From: Escherichia coli
GTDB taxonomy: Bacteria; Pseudomonadota; Gammaproteobacteria; Enterobacterales; Enterobacteriaceae
NCBI RefSeq assembly: GCF_045037415.1
Contig: NZ_CP173438.1
Strand: one strand, 5' to 3'
DNA length: 64,000 nt
In this document: positions 28,407 to 39,987 of the stretch, one piece after another
How positions within the stretch are numbered: the stretch's first letter is position 1
Layout of the letters: each line of letters starts with the position of its first letter
Notes under the pieces: model-generated
The model's database searches: none
What the model was told of the DNA's origin: nothing
Seen by the model: the letters and a program-made list of their open reading frames with translations, nothing else
Translations under genes and position numbers: made by a program

Positions 28407-28798
28407 AACACACTGACATTCGTGCCGCAGTGCTGGATGCACTCGAGCAGCATGAACACGGGGCGACGCTGTTTGATGGTCGCCCCGTTGTTTTTGACGA
28501 AGAGGATTTTCCTGCGATCGCGGTTTATCTGACGGATGCAGAGTATACCGGTGAAGAGCTGGATGCAGATACCTGGCGGGCCACGCTGCATATTGAGGTG
28601 TTTTTACCGGCACAGGTACCGGATTCAGAGCTTGATCAGTGGATGGAAAGCCGGATTTACCCGGCGATGACCGCGATCCCGGCACTGGCAGGACTGATTA
28701 CCACGATGGTTACGCAGGGCTATGAGTATCGTCGTGATGACGATATGGCGTTATGGAGTTCTGCAGATCTGACTTATTCCATTACATACGAGATGTGA
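28403..28798 (+). CDS. U: tail terminator protein U
   Basis: [38 protein letters not shown] near-identical to lambda gpU. Confidence 0.85.
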   Translation: MKHTDIRAAVLDALEQHEHGATLFDGRPVVFDEEDFPAIAVYLTDAEYTGEELDADTWRATLHIEVFLPAQVPDSELDQWMESRIYPAMTAIPALAGLITTMVTQGYEYRRDDDMALWSSADLTYSITYEM

Positions 28799-28805
28799 GG
28801 ACGAT

Positions 28806-29558
28806 ATGGCAACACCAAATCCCCTTGAGCCGGTAAAAGGTGCCGGTACCACTCTGTGGGTTTACAACGGCAAGGGTGATGCTTATGCAAACCCGTTGTC
28901 AGACGATGACTGGCAGCGACTGGCTAAGGTGAAGGATCTGACGCCGGGCGAGATGACGGCAGAATCCTACGATGATAACTACCTGGATGATGAAGACGCG
29001 GACTGGACCGCGACCGGGCAGGGGCAGAAATCTGCAGGTGATACCAGTTTTACGCTGGCCTGGAAACCGGGAGAGGAAGGCCAGAAAGGGCTTATAGGCT
29101 GGTTTGAAAGCGGCGATGTCCGGGCCTATAAAATCCGTTTTCCGAATGGCACGGTGGATGTGTTTCGTGGCTGGGTCAGCAGTATCGGTAAGGCCGTGAC
29201 GGCGAAAGAAGTGATCACCCGCACGGTGAAAGTCACTAACGTGGGTAAACCTTCTGTAGCGGAAGAACGCAGCAAAATTACGCCGGTCAGTGCGATTAAG
29301 GTGACGCCGACATCCGGTACGGTGGCAAAAGGGAAAACAACCACCCTGACGGTTTCTTTTGAGCCGGAAAGTGCAACCGACAAGACGTTCAGAGCGGTTT
29401 CCGCCGATCCGTCGAAAGCCACCATTAGTGTGAAAGATATGACAATTACGGTAAACGGCGTGGCGACAGGTAAGGTGCAGATCCCTGTGGTGAGCGGAAA
29501 TGGTCAGTTCGCCGCAGTGGCTGAAGTCACCGTTACTGAAGCGGGCGCTGCAGGGTAA
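28806..29558 (+). CDS. V: major tail protein V (with C-terminal Ig-like domain)
   Basis: [70 protein letters not shown] matches lambda gpV. Confidence 0.9.
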   Translation: MATPNPLEPVKGAGTTLWVYNGKGDAYANPLSDDDWQRLAKVKDLTPGEMTAESYDDNYLDDEDADWTATGQGQKSAGDTSFTLAWKPGEEGQKGLIGWFESGDVRAYKIRFPNGTVDVFRGWVSSIGKAVTAKEVITRTVKVTNVGKPSVAEERSKITPVSAIKVTPTSGTVAKGKTTTLTVSFEPESATDKTFRAVSADPSKATISVKDMTITVNGVATGKVQIPVVSGNGQFAAVAEVTVTEAGAAG

Positions 29559-29571
29559 ACGGAGGTAATAC

Positions 29572-30003
29572 ATGTTTCTGAAAACAGAACAATTTGAATA
29601 TAACGGTGTGTCTGTCACGCTTTCCGAATTGTCTGCGCTGCAGCGTATCGAGCATCTTGCCCTCCTGAAACGGCGTGCAGAACAGGCAGAATCCTGCGGC
29701 AACCTGCAGGTAAGCGTGGAAGATCTCGTCAGAACCGGCGCGTTTCTGGTGGCGATGTCCCTGTGGCATAACCATCCACAGAAAACGCAGTCACCGTCAA
29801 TGAATGAGGCCGTGATGAAGATAGAGCAGGAAGTGCTCACCACCTGGCCTGCCGATGCCATTGCCCGGGCGGAAGACGTGGTGTTGTGCCTGTCCGGGAT
29901 GATCGAAGCTGTTCGTCCGGATACTGATATTACTGAAGTGGCGAAAAATAACACGCTGACTGATGATGATTTTTCTGCGGGAAAGTCTTCGACGGCGAGC
30001 TGA
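29572..30003 (+). CDS. G: tail assembly chaperone G
   Basis: 143 aa; ends just after slippery heptamer. Confidence 0.85.
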   Translation: MFLKTEQFEYNGVSVTLSELSALQRIEHLALLKRRAEQAESCGNLQVSVEDLVRTGAFLVAMSLWHNHPQKTQSPSMNEAVMKIEQEVLTTWPADAIARAEDVVLCLSGMIEAVRPDTDITEVAKNNTLTDDDFSAGKSSTAS

Positions 30004-30443
30004 ACTTTGCCCTCAGACTGGCGCGTGAGATGGGGAGACCCGACTGGCGCGCCATGCTTGCCGGGATGACATCCACCGAATATGCCGACTGGCACCGTTT
30101 TTACCGCACGCATTATTTTCAGGATACCCAGCTGGATATGCATTTTTCCGGGCTGACGTACGCTGTACTCAGCCTGTTTTTTTGCGATCCGGATATGCAT
30201 CCCTCTGATTTCAGTCTGCTTGTCCCCCGGCATGAGGAAGAGCAGGTGGAGAGGCCGGATGAGGACAAAATGCTGATGCAGAAAGCGGCAGGACTTGCCG
30301 GAGGCGTCCGGTTCGGTGGGGACGGAGGGCGCGATATTTTATCGTCTGCGGATGTGGCGGATGTCATGGTGGATGATGCCGCATTAATGATGGCTTCAGC
30401 GGGGATTCCGGGAGGTGTGAGATATGTCCCAGCCGGTTGGTGA
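29572..30443 (+). CDS. GT: tail assembly chaperone G-T fusion (programmed -1 ribosomal frameshift)
   Basis: Heptamer G GGA AAG at 29979-29985 in G frame; -1 shift continues into T ORF (..GKVFDGELNFALRLAREMGRPDWRAMLAGM..). Confidence 0.75.
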
Positions 30444-32997
30444 TCTTGTTATTGACCTGAGTCTGGATGCTGTCCGTTTCGATGAGCAGATGAGCCGGGT
30501 AAGGCGTCATTTTTCAGGTCTGGATACCGACGCCAGAAAAACCGCCAGTGCTGTTGAACAGGGCCTGAGCCGCCAGGCGCTGGCTGCACAAAAAGCCGGG
30601 ATTTCCGTCGGGCAGTATAAAGCGGCCATGCGAACCCTGCCCGCACAGTTTACGGATATCGCCACGCAGCTTGCAGGTGGTCAGAATCCCTGGCTGATCC
30701 TGCTGCAACAGGGCGGTCAGGTGAAGGACTCCTTCGGCGGGATGATCCCCATGTTCAGGGGGCTTGCCGGTGCGATCACCCTGCCGATGGTCGGGGTCAC
30801 CTCGCTGGCGGTGGCGACAGGTGCGCTGGTGTACGCCTGGTACCAGGGAGATTCCACGCTTTCAGCGTTTAATAAAACCCTGGTTCTTTCCGGTAATCAG
30901 TCCGGACTGACTGCCGATCGTATGCTGACTCTCTCAAGAGCCGGGCAGGCAGCAGGGCTGACGTTTAACCAGGCGAGAGAGTCACTGGCAGCCCTGGTGA
31001 ATGCCGGTGTGCGTGGTGGTGAACAGTTTGATGCCATCAACCAGAGTGTCGCGCGTTTTGCGTCTGCATCCGGTGTGGAGGTGGATAAAGTCGCTGAAGC
31101 CTTCGGGAAGCTGACCACTGACCCGACGTCGGGACTGATGGCGATGGCGCGCCAGTTCCGTAACGTGACGGCAGAGCAGATTGCGTATGTTGCACAGCTG
31201 CAGCGTTCCGGAGACGAGGCCGGGGCATTGCAGGCGGCGAACGATATCGCCACGAAAGGCTTTGATGAGCAGACCCGTCGCCTGAAAGAAAACATGGGAA
31301 CACTGGAGACCTGGGCGGATAAAACAGGGAAGGCATTCAAATCGATGTGGGATGCCATTCTGGATATCGGTCGTCCGGAATCCTCAGCGGATATGCTCGC
31401 CAGTGCGCAGAAGGCATTTGATGAGGCGGATAAAAAATGGCAGTGGTACCAGAGCCGGAGCCAGCGCCGCGGTAAAACCTCCTCTTTCCGGGCCAACCTT
31501 CAGGGCGCATGGGATGACCGGGAAAATGCCCGTCTGGGTCTGGCAGCGGCAACGCTGCAGTCGGATATGGAAAAAGCCGGTGAACTGGCGGCAAGGGACA
31601 GGGCTGAGCGTGAGTCGTCACAGCTGAAGTATACCGGAGAGGCGCAGAAGGCGTATGAGCGCCTGCTGACGCCACTGGAGAAATATACCGCCCGGCAGGA
31701 AGAGCTGAATAAGGCCCTGAAAGACGGGAAAATCCTGCAGGCGGATTACAACACGCTGATGGCGTCGGCAAAAAAGGATTATGAGTCGACGCAGAAAAAG
31801 CCGTCCGGTGTGAAGGTGTCTGCCGGTGAGCGCCAGGAAGACCAGGCGCATGCAGCCCTGCTGGCGCTTGAAACCGAGCTCAGGACGCTGGAAAAACACA
31901 GCGGTGTGAATGAGAAAATCAGCCAGCAGCGCCGGGATTTATGGGAAGCGGAAAATCAGTATGTGGTCCTGAAAGAGGCCGCCACGAAACGGCAGTTATC
32001 TGAGCAGGAAAAATCCCTGCTGGCCCATGAGAAAGAGACGCTGGAGTACAAACGCCAGCTGGCTGAGCTGGGCGACAAGATTGAACACCAGAAACGGCTG
32101 AATGAGCTGGCACAGCAGGCGGCGCGGTTTGAACAGCAGCAGAGCGCGAAGCAGGCGGCAATCAGCGCAAAAGCCCGCGGACTCACCGACCGTCAGGCGC
32201 AGCGGGAGTCGGAAGAGCAGCGCCTTCGTGAGGTGTACGGTGATAATCCGGCTGCGCTGGCGAAGGCCACATCTGCACTGAAGAACACCTGGTCTGCGGA
32301 GGAGCAGCTTCGTGGAAGCTGGATGGCCGGGATGAAGTCCGGCTGGGGCGAGTGGGCGGAAAGTGCGACGGACAGTTTTTCGCAGGTTAAAAACGCGGCC
32401 ACGCAGACCTTTGACGGTATTGCACAGAATATGGCAGCGATGCTGACCGGCAGCGAACAGAACTGGCGTGGTTTCACCCGTTCTGTGCTGTCCATGCTGA
32501 CAGAGATTTTTCTGAAGCAGGCGATGGTGGGGATAGTCGGGAGTATCGGCAGCGCCATTGGCGGGGCTGTTGGTGGCGGCGCATCCGCGTCAGGCGGTAC
32601 AGCCATTCAGGCTGCGGCGGCGAACTTCCATTTCGCGACCGGGGGATTTACGGGGACGGGGGGTAAATATGAACCTGCGGGGATTGTTCATCGCGGGGAG
32701 TTTGTCTTCACGAAGGAGGCGACCAGCCGGATTGGTGTCGGCAATCTGTACCGCCTGATGCGGGGCTATGCGGAAGGTGGTTATGTCGGCGGTGCCGGAA
32801 GTCCGGCGCAGATGCGGCGGGCGGAAGGCATTAATTTTAATCAGAACAATCACGTGGTGATTCAGAACGACGGCCCCAACGGGCGGGCAGGGCCGCAGCT
32901 GATGAAAGCGGTGTATGAGATGGCCCGCAAGGGGGCACAGGATGAACTCCGGCTGCAGTTGCGTGATGGCGGTATGTTATCAGGGAGCGGTGGATGA
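30424..32997 (+). CDS. H: tail tape measure protein H
   Basis: 857 aa, coiled-coil-rich, lambda gpH-like N- and C-termini. Confidence 0.9.
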   Translation: MSQPVGDLVIDLSLDAVRFDEQMSRVRRHFSGLDTDARKTASAVEQGLSRQALAAQKAGISVGQYKAAMRTLPAQFTDIATQLAGGQNPWLILLQQGGQVKDSFGGMIPMFRGLAGAITLPMVGVTSLAVATGALVYAWYQGDSTLSAFNKTLVLSGNQSGLTADRMLTLSRAGQAAGLTFNQARESLAALVNAGVRGGEQFDAINQSVARFASASGVEVDKVAEAFGKLTTDPTSGLMAMARQFRNVTAEQIAYVAQLQRSGDEAGALQAANDIATKGFDEQTRRLKENMGTLETWADKTGKAFKSMWDAILDIGRPESSADMLASAQKAFDEADKKWQWYQSRSQRRGKTSSFRANLQGAWDDRENARLGLAAATLQSDMEKAGELAARDRAERESSQLKYTGEAQKAYERLLTPLEKYTARQEELNKALKDGKILQADYNTLMASAKKDYESTQKKPSGVKVSAGERQEDQAHAALLALETELRTLEKHSGVNEKISQQRRDLWEAENQYVVLKEAATKRQLSEQEKSLLAHEKETLEYKRQLAELGDKIEHQKRLNELAQQAARFEQQQSAKQAAISAKARGLTDRQAQRESEEQRLREVYGDNPAALAKATSALKNTWSAEEQLRGSWMAGMKSGWGEWAESATDSFSQVKNAATQTFDGIAQNMAAMLTGSEQNWRGFTRSVLSMLTEIFLKQAMVGIVGSIGSAIGGAVGGGASASGGTAIQAAAANFHFATGGFTGTGGKYEPAGIVHRGEFVFTKEATSRIGVGNLYRLMRGYAEGGYVGGAGSPAQMRRAEGINFNQNNHVVIQNDGPNGRAGPQLMKAVYEMARKGAQDELRLQLRDGGMLSGSGG

Positions 32998-33323
32998 AAA
33001 CCTTTCGCTGGAAAGTGAAGCCGGATATGGAGGTGAACTCGCAGCCATCGGTGCGTGAAGTGCGTTTTGGTGACGGGTACTCACAGCGTATGGCGGCAGG
33101 GCTGAATGCTGACCTGAAAACATACAGGGTGACGCTTTCCGTGACCCGGGAGGAGGCCCGGCATCTGGAAGCGTTCCTGGCAGAGCACGGTGGCTGGAAG
33201 GCATTTTTGTGGAAGCCACCCTATGCATACCGGCAGATAAAGGTGACCTGTGCCGGGTGGTCTGCGCGGGTCGGGATGTTGCGCGTTGAGTTCAGCGCGG
33301 AGTTTAAGCAGGTGGTGAACTGA
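32994..33323 (+). CDS. M: tail tip protein M
   Basis: 109 aa, lambda gpM-like. Confidence 0.85.
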   Translation: MKTFRWKVKPDMEVNSQPSVREVRFGDGYSQRMAAGLNADLKTYRVTLSVTREEARHLEAFLAEHGGWKAFLWKPPYAYRQIKVTCAGWSARVGMLRVEFSAEFKQVVN

Positions 33324-34021
33324 TGCAGGATATTCGAGAAGAAAGTCTGAACGAGTCGGTTAAGTCAGAGCAGTCACCGCGGGTGGTACTCTGGGAAATC
33401 GACCTGACGGTACAGGGTGGTGAGCGGTATTTTTTCTGTAATGAGCTGAATGAAAAAGGGGAGCCGGTCACCTGGCAGGGGCGTAAGTATGAGGCATACC
33501 CGATTGACGGCAGCGGCTTTGAGATGAACGACCGGGGCAGCAGTGCCAGACCGTCGCTGACGGTGTCCAATCTGTTCGGTCTGGTCACCGGGATGGCGGA
33601 AGACCTGCAGAGTCTGGTGGGGGCCACGGTGGTCCGCCGCCGGGTGTATGCCCGTTTTCTGGATGCGGTGAATTTCGTTGCGGGCAATCCGGAGGCGGAC
33701 CCGGAGCAGGAGCTGAGTGACCGCTGGGTGGTGGAGCAGATGTCGCAGCTGACAGCCATGACGGCCTCGTTTGTGCTGGCTACACCGACCGAGACGGACG
33801 GGGCGCTGTTTCCCGGTCGCATCATGCTGGCGAACACCTGTATGTGGGATTACCGGGGAGATGAATGCGGGTATAACGGTCCTGCGGTGGCGGATGAGTT
33901 CGACAACCCCACCACGGATATCCGTAAGGACAGATGCAGCAAGTGCATGCGCGGGTGTGAACTGCGCAGGAATGTCGGCAATTTTGGCGGTTTCCTTTCC
34001 ATTAATAAACTTTCGCAGTAA
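33323..34021 (+). CDS. L: tail tip protein L
   Basis: 232 aa, lambda gpL-like including C-terminal Cys cluster. Confidence 0.85.
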   Translation: MQDIREESLNESVKSEQSPRVVLWEIDLTVQGGERYFFCNELNEKGEPVTWQGRKYEAYPIDGSGFEMNDRGSSARPSLTVSNLFGLVTGMAEDLQSLVGATVVRRRVYARFLDAVNFVAGNPEADPEQELSDRWVVEQMSQLTAMTASFVLATPTETDGALFPGRIMLANTCMWDYRGDECGYNGPAVADEFDNPTTDIRKDRCSKCMRGCELRRNVGNFGGFLSINKLSQ

Positions 34022-34031
34022 ATCCCGGTTT

Positions 34032-34775
34032 ATGACACAGACTGAATCAGCGATTCTGGCGCATGCCCGGCGGTGTGCGCCTGCGGAGTCGTGCGGCTTC
34101 GTGATAAGCACGCCGGAGGGGGAGTGGTATATCCCTTGTGTGAATATTTCTGCAGAGCCGGAGGCGTATTTTCGTATCGCACCGGAAGACTGGCTGCGGG
34201 CAGAGATGCAGGGGGAGATTGTGGCACTGGTCCACAGTCATCCCGGTGGGCTGCCCTGGCTGAGCGAGGCTGACCGGCGGCTGCAGATAAAAAGCGCACT
34301 GCCCTGGTGGCTGGTCTGCCGGGGTGACATTCACAAATTCCGCTGTGTGCCACATCTGACAGGACGGCGCTTTGAGCACGGGGTGACGGACTGTTACACG
34401 CTGTTCCGGGATGCTTATCATCTGGCGGGGACTGAAATGCCGGATTTTCATCGCGAGGATGACTGGTGGCGCAACGGTCAGAACCTTTACCTGGACAATA
34501 TGGCGGTCACCGGCTTTTACCGGGTGCCCCTGTCCTCTGCACAGGCGGGCGATATTCTGCTGTGCTGCTTTGGTGCTTCGGTACCGAACCATGCCGCCAT
34601 TTACTGCGGCAACGGTGAGCTGCTTCACCATCTGCCTGAACAACTGAGTAAACGGGAGAGGTATTCCGAAAAATGGCAACGACGAACGCATTCTGTCTGG
34701 CGTCACCGCCACTGGCACGCATCTGCCTTCACGGGGATTTACAACGATTTGGCCGCCGCCTCAGCCTGTATGTGA
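34032..34775 (+). CDS. K: tail tip assembly protein K (JAB/MPN + NlpC/P60 domains)
   Basis: HSHPGG metal-binding motif and Cys/His peptidase region; start MTQTESAIL; 3' end overlaps I. Confidence 0.8.
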   Translation: MTQTESAILAHARRCAPAESCGFVISTPEGEWYIPCVNISAEPEAYFRIAPEDWLRAEMQGEIVALVHSHPGGLPWLSEADRRLQIKSALPWWLVCRGDIHKFRCVPHLTGRRFEHGVTDCYTLFRDAYHLAGTEMPDFHREDDWWRNGQNLYLDNMAVTGFYRVPLSSAQAGDILLCCFGASVPNHAAIYCGNGELLHHLPEQLSKRERYSEKWQRRTHSVWRHRHWHASAFTGIYNDLAAASACM

Positions 34776-35353
34776 ACACGGCAGCGGAAGCCATCCGGGC
34801 GCTGTCGTTACAGGTGCCGGGCTTTCGCCGTCAGATGAACGAAGGCTGGTACCAGATACGTATTGCCGGTTATGACACGGCACCGGAGGCGGTGTACGCC
34901 CGTCTTCACGAACAGCTGGGTGAGGGAACGGTCATCCATATTGTGCCGCGACTGGCCGGGGCCGGAAAGGGTGGACTGCAGATTGTGCTGGGGGCGGCAG
35001 CCATCGTGGGCTCTTTCTTCACTGCCGGTGCCTCGATGGCGTTATGGGGTACAGCCCTGAGTGCCGGCGGTTTTTCTGCCACCACGATGCTGTTTTCACT
35101 GGGGGCCAGCATGATACTGGGCGGTGTGGCCCAGATGCTGGCCCCGAAGGCAAAAACACCGGAGTACAAAAGCACGGATAACGGTAAACAGAACACGTAC
35201 TTTTCCTCCCTGGATAACATGATTGCCCAGGGTAACCCGATGCCGGTGCCTTACGGGGAAATGCTGGTTGGCTCCCGCCGTATATCCCAGGACATCAGTA
35301 CCCGTGATGAAGGCGGGGGCGGAAAGGTCGTGGTTATCGGGCGGCAGGGGTAA
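34673..35353 (+). CDS. I: tail tip assembly protein I
   Basis: ARICLHGDLQRFGRR...VIHIVPR.AGA..GG.QIVLGAAAI.GSFFTAGA matches lambda gpI. Confidence 0.8.
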   Translation: MATTNAFCLASPPLARICLHGDLQRFGRRLSLYVNTAAEAIRALSLQVPGFRRQMNEGWYQIRIAGYDTAPEAVYARLHEQLGEGTVIHIVPRLAGAGKGGLQIVLGAAAIVGSFFTAGASMALWGTALSAGGFSATTMLFSLGASMILGGVAQMLAPKAKTPEYKSTDNGKQNTYFSSLDNMIAQGNPMPVPYGEMLVGSRRISQDISTRDEGGGGKVVVIGRQG

Positions 35354-35696
35354 AAAGAATAAAAAAATCCCGCAGTGATCGCGGACAGGAACTGCGGGAG
35401 AGTTACGAAGATTAAGTGTAAGGAATTATTCTTATATCACGACAAAAAAATTAACGCAGAGAAATTATACGCGCCACAGTCAGTTTGTGAAAATGTGAAG
35501 ATATTCAGAATTTTTATGCCATTACCGGTTTTAACCAACAGGATTATCGGTGGGCATGAAAGAAAACCCCGGTATCTGCTGATACCGGGGTTTCTCTTTA
35601 GCATGGCAGAAATGTGTTTCATGCTTTTCGGGCGAAGGATATCCGACTTCTGTACGGAATGGCAAGTGGCGGTTAATTTATTCAGGGGAAGGCTGT

Positions 35697-38600
35697 ATGG
35701 GAAAAGGTGGCGGTAAGGCACACACGCCTCGTGAGGCGAAGGATAATCTCAAATCCACGCAGATGATGAGTGTGATTGATGCGATTGGTGAGGGACCGAT
35801 AGAAGGTCCGGTGAAGGGACTGCAGAGTATTCTGGTGAACAAAACCCCACTGACGGACACGGACGGCAATCCCGTGATACACGGTGTGACGGCGGTCTGG
35901 CGCGCCGGGGAGCAGGAGCAGACACCACCGGAAGGCTTTGAGTCCTCCGGAGCTGAAACCGGACTGGGCGTGGAAGTGACGAAGGCAAAACCGGTGACGC
36001 GCACCATTACGTCCGCGAACATTGACCGCCTGCGGGTTACCTTCGGGGTGCAGTCACTGGTGGAGACCACCTCAAAGGGTGACCGTAACCCGGCATCCGT
36101 CCGCCTGCTGATTCAGTTACAGCGTAACGGTAACTGGGTGACAGAAAAGGACGTCACCATTAACGGCAAGACCACCTCACAGTTCCTGGCCTCGGTGATT
36201 CTGGATAATCTGCCTCCCCGGCCCTTTAACATCCGGATGGTCAGGGAGACGGCGGACAGCACCACGGACCAGCTGCAGAATAAGACGCTGTGGTCGTCAT
36301 ACACCGAAATCATCGATGTGAAACAGTGCTACCCGAACACGGCCATTGTGGGGCTGCAGGTGGATGCGGAGCAGTTCGGCGGCCAGCAGATGACGGTGAA
36401 CTACCATATCCGCGGTCGCATCATCCAGGTGCCGTCAAACTATGACCCGGAAAAACGCACGTACAGTGGTATCTGGGACGGCAGTCTGAAACCGGCATAC
36501 AGCAACAACCCGGCCTGGTGCCTGTGGGACATGCTGACTCACCCGCGCTACGGCATGGGAAAACGTCTGGGGCGGCGGATGTGGACAAGTGGGCGCTGTA
36601 TGCCATCGGGCAGTACTGCGACCAGACGGTCCCGGATGGTTTCGGGGGGACCGAGCCGCGGATGACCTTTAATGCGTACCTGGCACAACAGCGTAAGGCG
36701 TGGGACGTTCTCAGTGATTTCTGCTCTGCGATGCGCTGTATGCCGGTATGGAACGGTCAGACGCTGACGTTCGTTCAGGACCGCCCGTCGGATGTGGTGT
36801 GGCCGTACACCAACAGCGATGTGGTGGTGGATGATAACGGCGTGGGATTCCGCTACAGCTTCAGTGCCCTGAAGGACCGGCACACGGCGGTGGAGGTGAA
36901 TTACACCGACCCGCAGAACGGCTGGCAGACCTCCACGGAACTGGTGGAAGACCCGGAAGCCATACTGCGCTACGGACGCAACCTGCTGAAGATGGACGCG
37001 TTCGGCTGTACCAGCCGCGGTCAGGCCCACCGTGCCGGACTGTGGGTGATAAAGACCGAACTGCTGGAAACGCAGACGGTGGATTTCACGCTCGGGTTCT
37101 CAGGGGCTGCGGCACACACCCGGTGACATTATTGAAATCTGTGATAATGACTATGCCGGGACCCTGACCGGCGGACGTGTCCTGTCCATTGATGCTGCCA
37201 CCCGCACCCTGACGCTGGACCGTGAGGTTACCCTGCCGGAGACAGGTACATCGGCGGTGAACCTGATTAACGGCAGCGGTAAGCCGGTGAGTGTGGACAT
37301 CACCGCACACCCCGCGCCGGACCGGATACAGGTCAGTACCCTGCCTGATGGTGTGGAGACATACGGGGTGTGGGGACTCTCCCTGCCGTCACTGCGCCGT
37401 CGCCTGTTCCGCTGTGTCTCCATCCGGGAAAACACGGACGGCACCTTTGCCATCACGGCGGTGCAGCACGTACCGGAAAAAGAAGCCATCGTGGATAACG
37501 GTGCCCGCTTTGAGCCGCAGTCAGGTTCCCTGAACAGCGTCATCCCACCGGCAGTGCAGCACCTGACGGTGGAGGTGAGCGCAGCTGACGGCCAGTATCT
37601 GGCGCAGGCGAAATGGGACACGCCGCGGGTGGTGAAGGGTGTGTGCTTCAGTCTGCGCCTGACCAGTGGTAAGGGAACGGATGCCAGACTGGTGACCACC
37701 GCCATCACCGCAGACACGGAGCACCGTTTCAGCGGCCTGCCGCTCGGGGAATACACCCTGACGGTGCGGGCGATAAACAGCTATGGCCAGCAGGGTGAAC
37801 CTGCCACCACCACCTTCCGGATTACCGCACCGGCAGCACCGTCGCGGATTGAGCTGACGCCGGGCTATTTTCAGATAACCGCAACGCCACATCTTGCCGT
37901 TTATGACCCGACGGTACAGTTTGAGTTCTGGTTCTCGGAAAAGCGGATTGCGGATATCAGGCAGGTTGAAACCGCAGCCCGCTATCTTGGCTCGGCGCTG
38001 TACTGGATAGCTGCCAGTATCAATATCAAACCGGGCCATGATTATTATTTTTATATCCGCAGTGTGAATACTGTTGGCAAATCGGCATTCGTGGAGGCTG
38101 TCGGTCGGGCGAGCGATGATGCGGAAGGTTACCTGGATTTTTTCAAAGGAGAAATCGGGAAAACACATCTGGCCCAGGAGCTGTGGACGCAGATTGATAA
38201 CGGTCAGCTTGCGCCGGACCTGGCTGAAATCAGGACGTCCATTACGAATGTCAGCAATGAAATCACGCAGACCGTCAATAAAAAACTGGAAAATCAGAGT
38301 GCGGCAATCCAGCAGATACAGAAAGTTCAGGTTGATACAAATAATAACCTGAACAGCATGTGGGCCGTGAAACTGCAGCAGATGCAGGACGGACGCCTTT
38401 ATATTGCGGGTATCGGTGCCGGTATTGAGAATACGCCAGCAGGAATGCAGAGTCAGGTGCTGCTGGCGGCAGACAGGATTGCGATGATTAATCCTGCGAA
38501 TGGCAACACAAAGCCGATGTTTGTTGGTCAGGGCGATCAGATATTTATGAATGAAGTGTTCCTGAAATATCTGACGGCTCCCACCATTACCAGCGGCGGT

Positions 38601-39170
38601 AATCCTCCGGCATTTTCCCTGACACCGGACGGGCGGCTGACGGCGAAAAATGCCGATATCAGCGGTAACGTGAATGCGAACTCCGGGACGCTCAACAACG
38701 TCACGATTAACGAGAACTGTCGGGTTCTGGGAAAATTGTCCGCGAACCAGATTGAAGGCGATCTCGTTAAAACAGTGGGCAAAGCTTTCCCCCGGGACTC
38801 CCGTGCACCGGAGCGGTGGCCATCAGGAACCATTACCGTCAGGGTTTATGACGATCAGCCGTTTGACCGGCAGATTGTTATTCCGGCGGTGGCATTCAGC
38901 GGCGCTAAACATGAGAAAGAGCATACTGATATTTACTCCTCATGCCGTCTGATAGTGCGGAAAAACGGTGCTGAAATTTATAACCGTACCGCGCTGGATA
39001 ATACGCTGATTTACAGTGGTGTTATTGATATGCCTGCCGGTCACGGTCACATGACACTGGAGTTTTCGGTGTCAGCATGGCTGGTAAATAACTGGTATCC
39101 CACAGCAAGTATCAGCGATTTGCTGGTTGTGGTGATGAAGAAAGCCACTGCAGGCATCACGATTAGCTGA
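35697..39170 (+). pseudogene. J: tail tip fibre / host specificity protein J, interrupted by two frameshifts
   Basis: Three ORFs (35697..36665, 36518..37126, 37257..39170) together collinear with lambda J; first and third share a frame, middle segment is shifted; 1-nt loss in G-run 36569-36572, 1-nt gain at ~37097-37103. Confidence 0.8.
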
Positions 39171-39237
39171 ATTTTATAACCCAGATACGGGCGCCAGAAA
39201 TGGCGCCTTTTTTATTGCAGAAAAGCGAGAGGTAATT

Positions 39238-39837
39238 ATGCGTAAATTATGTGCTGTTATTTTGTCCGCAGTAGTCTGGCAGGTCGCCGCTGCTACGCCA
39301 GCGAGTGCAGCAGAACATCAGTCCACGCTGAGCGCGGGGTATCTCCATGCCTCGACGAACGTTCCCGGTAGTGATGATCTGAACGGGATTAACGTGAAAT
39401 ACCGTTATGAGTTTACGGACGCGCTGGGGCTGATTACGTCCTTCAGTTATGCCAATGCTGAGGATGAGCAAAAAACGCGCTACAGCGATACCCGCTGGCA
39501 TGAAGATTCCGTGCGTAACCGCTGGTTCAGCGTGATGGCGGGGCCGTCTGTACGCGTGAATGAATGGTTCAGCGCGTATGCGATGGCGGGTGTGGCTTAC
39601 AGCCGTGTGTCGACTTTCTCCGGGGATTATCTCCGCGTAACTGACAACAAGGGGAAAACGCACGATGTGCTGACCGGAAGTGATGACGGTCGCCACAGCA
39701 ACACGTCTCTGGCGTGGGGGGCTGGCGTGCAGTTTAACCCGACCGAATCCGTGACCATTGACCTTGCTTATGAAGGTTCCGGTAGTGGCGACTGGCGAAC
39801 GGATGCATTTATTGTTGGTATCGGATACCGTTTCTGA
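39238..39837 (+). CDS. lom: Lom/Ail-family outer membrane beta-barrel protein
   Basis: Signal peptide, alternating beta-strand pattern, C-terminal aromatic (GIGYRF); position after J as in lambda. Confidence 0.8.
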   Translation: MRKLCAVILSAVVWQVAAATPASAAEHQSTLSAGYLHASTNVPGSDDLNGINVKYRYEFTDALGLITSFSYANAEDEQKTRYSDTRWHEDSVRNRWFSVMAGPSVRVNEWFSAYAMAGVAYSRVSTFSGDYLRVTDNKGKTHDVLTGSDDGRHSNTSLAWGAGVQFNPTESVTIDLAYEGSGSGDWRTDAFIVGIGYRF

Positions 39838-39987
39838 CAACAGACGCCGATTTATCTTCTGTAAATATTGTTATGATACGCAGGTTCATCCACCTTATGG
39901 GGTGAACTGCGTTTGAGGAAACGTAAAGTTACACTGTCCTGAAGCCCGTGGCGTCACTGCTGCGGGCTTTTTTATTGGTGGAAAAGT

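Noticed and set aside
28899-30233. 444-aa minus-strand ORF antisense to V, G and T
   Set aside because: Opposite strand of well-supported lambda-like tail genes; Arg/Cys-rich composition typical of antisense reading of GC-rich coding DNA.
33374-34718. Minus-strand ORFs (245, 223, 107 aa) across L and K
   Set aside because: Antisense to lambda-like tail tip genes; His/Arg/Pro-rich artefacts.
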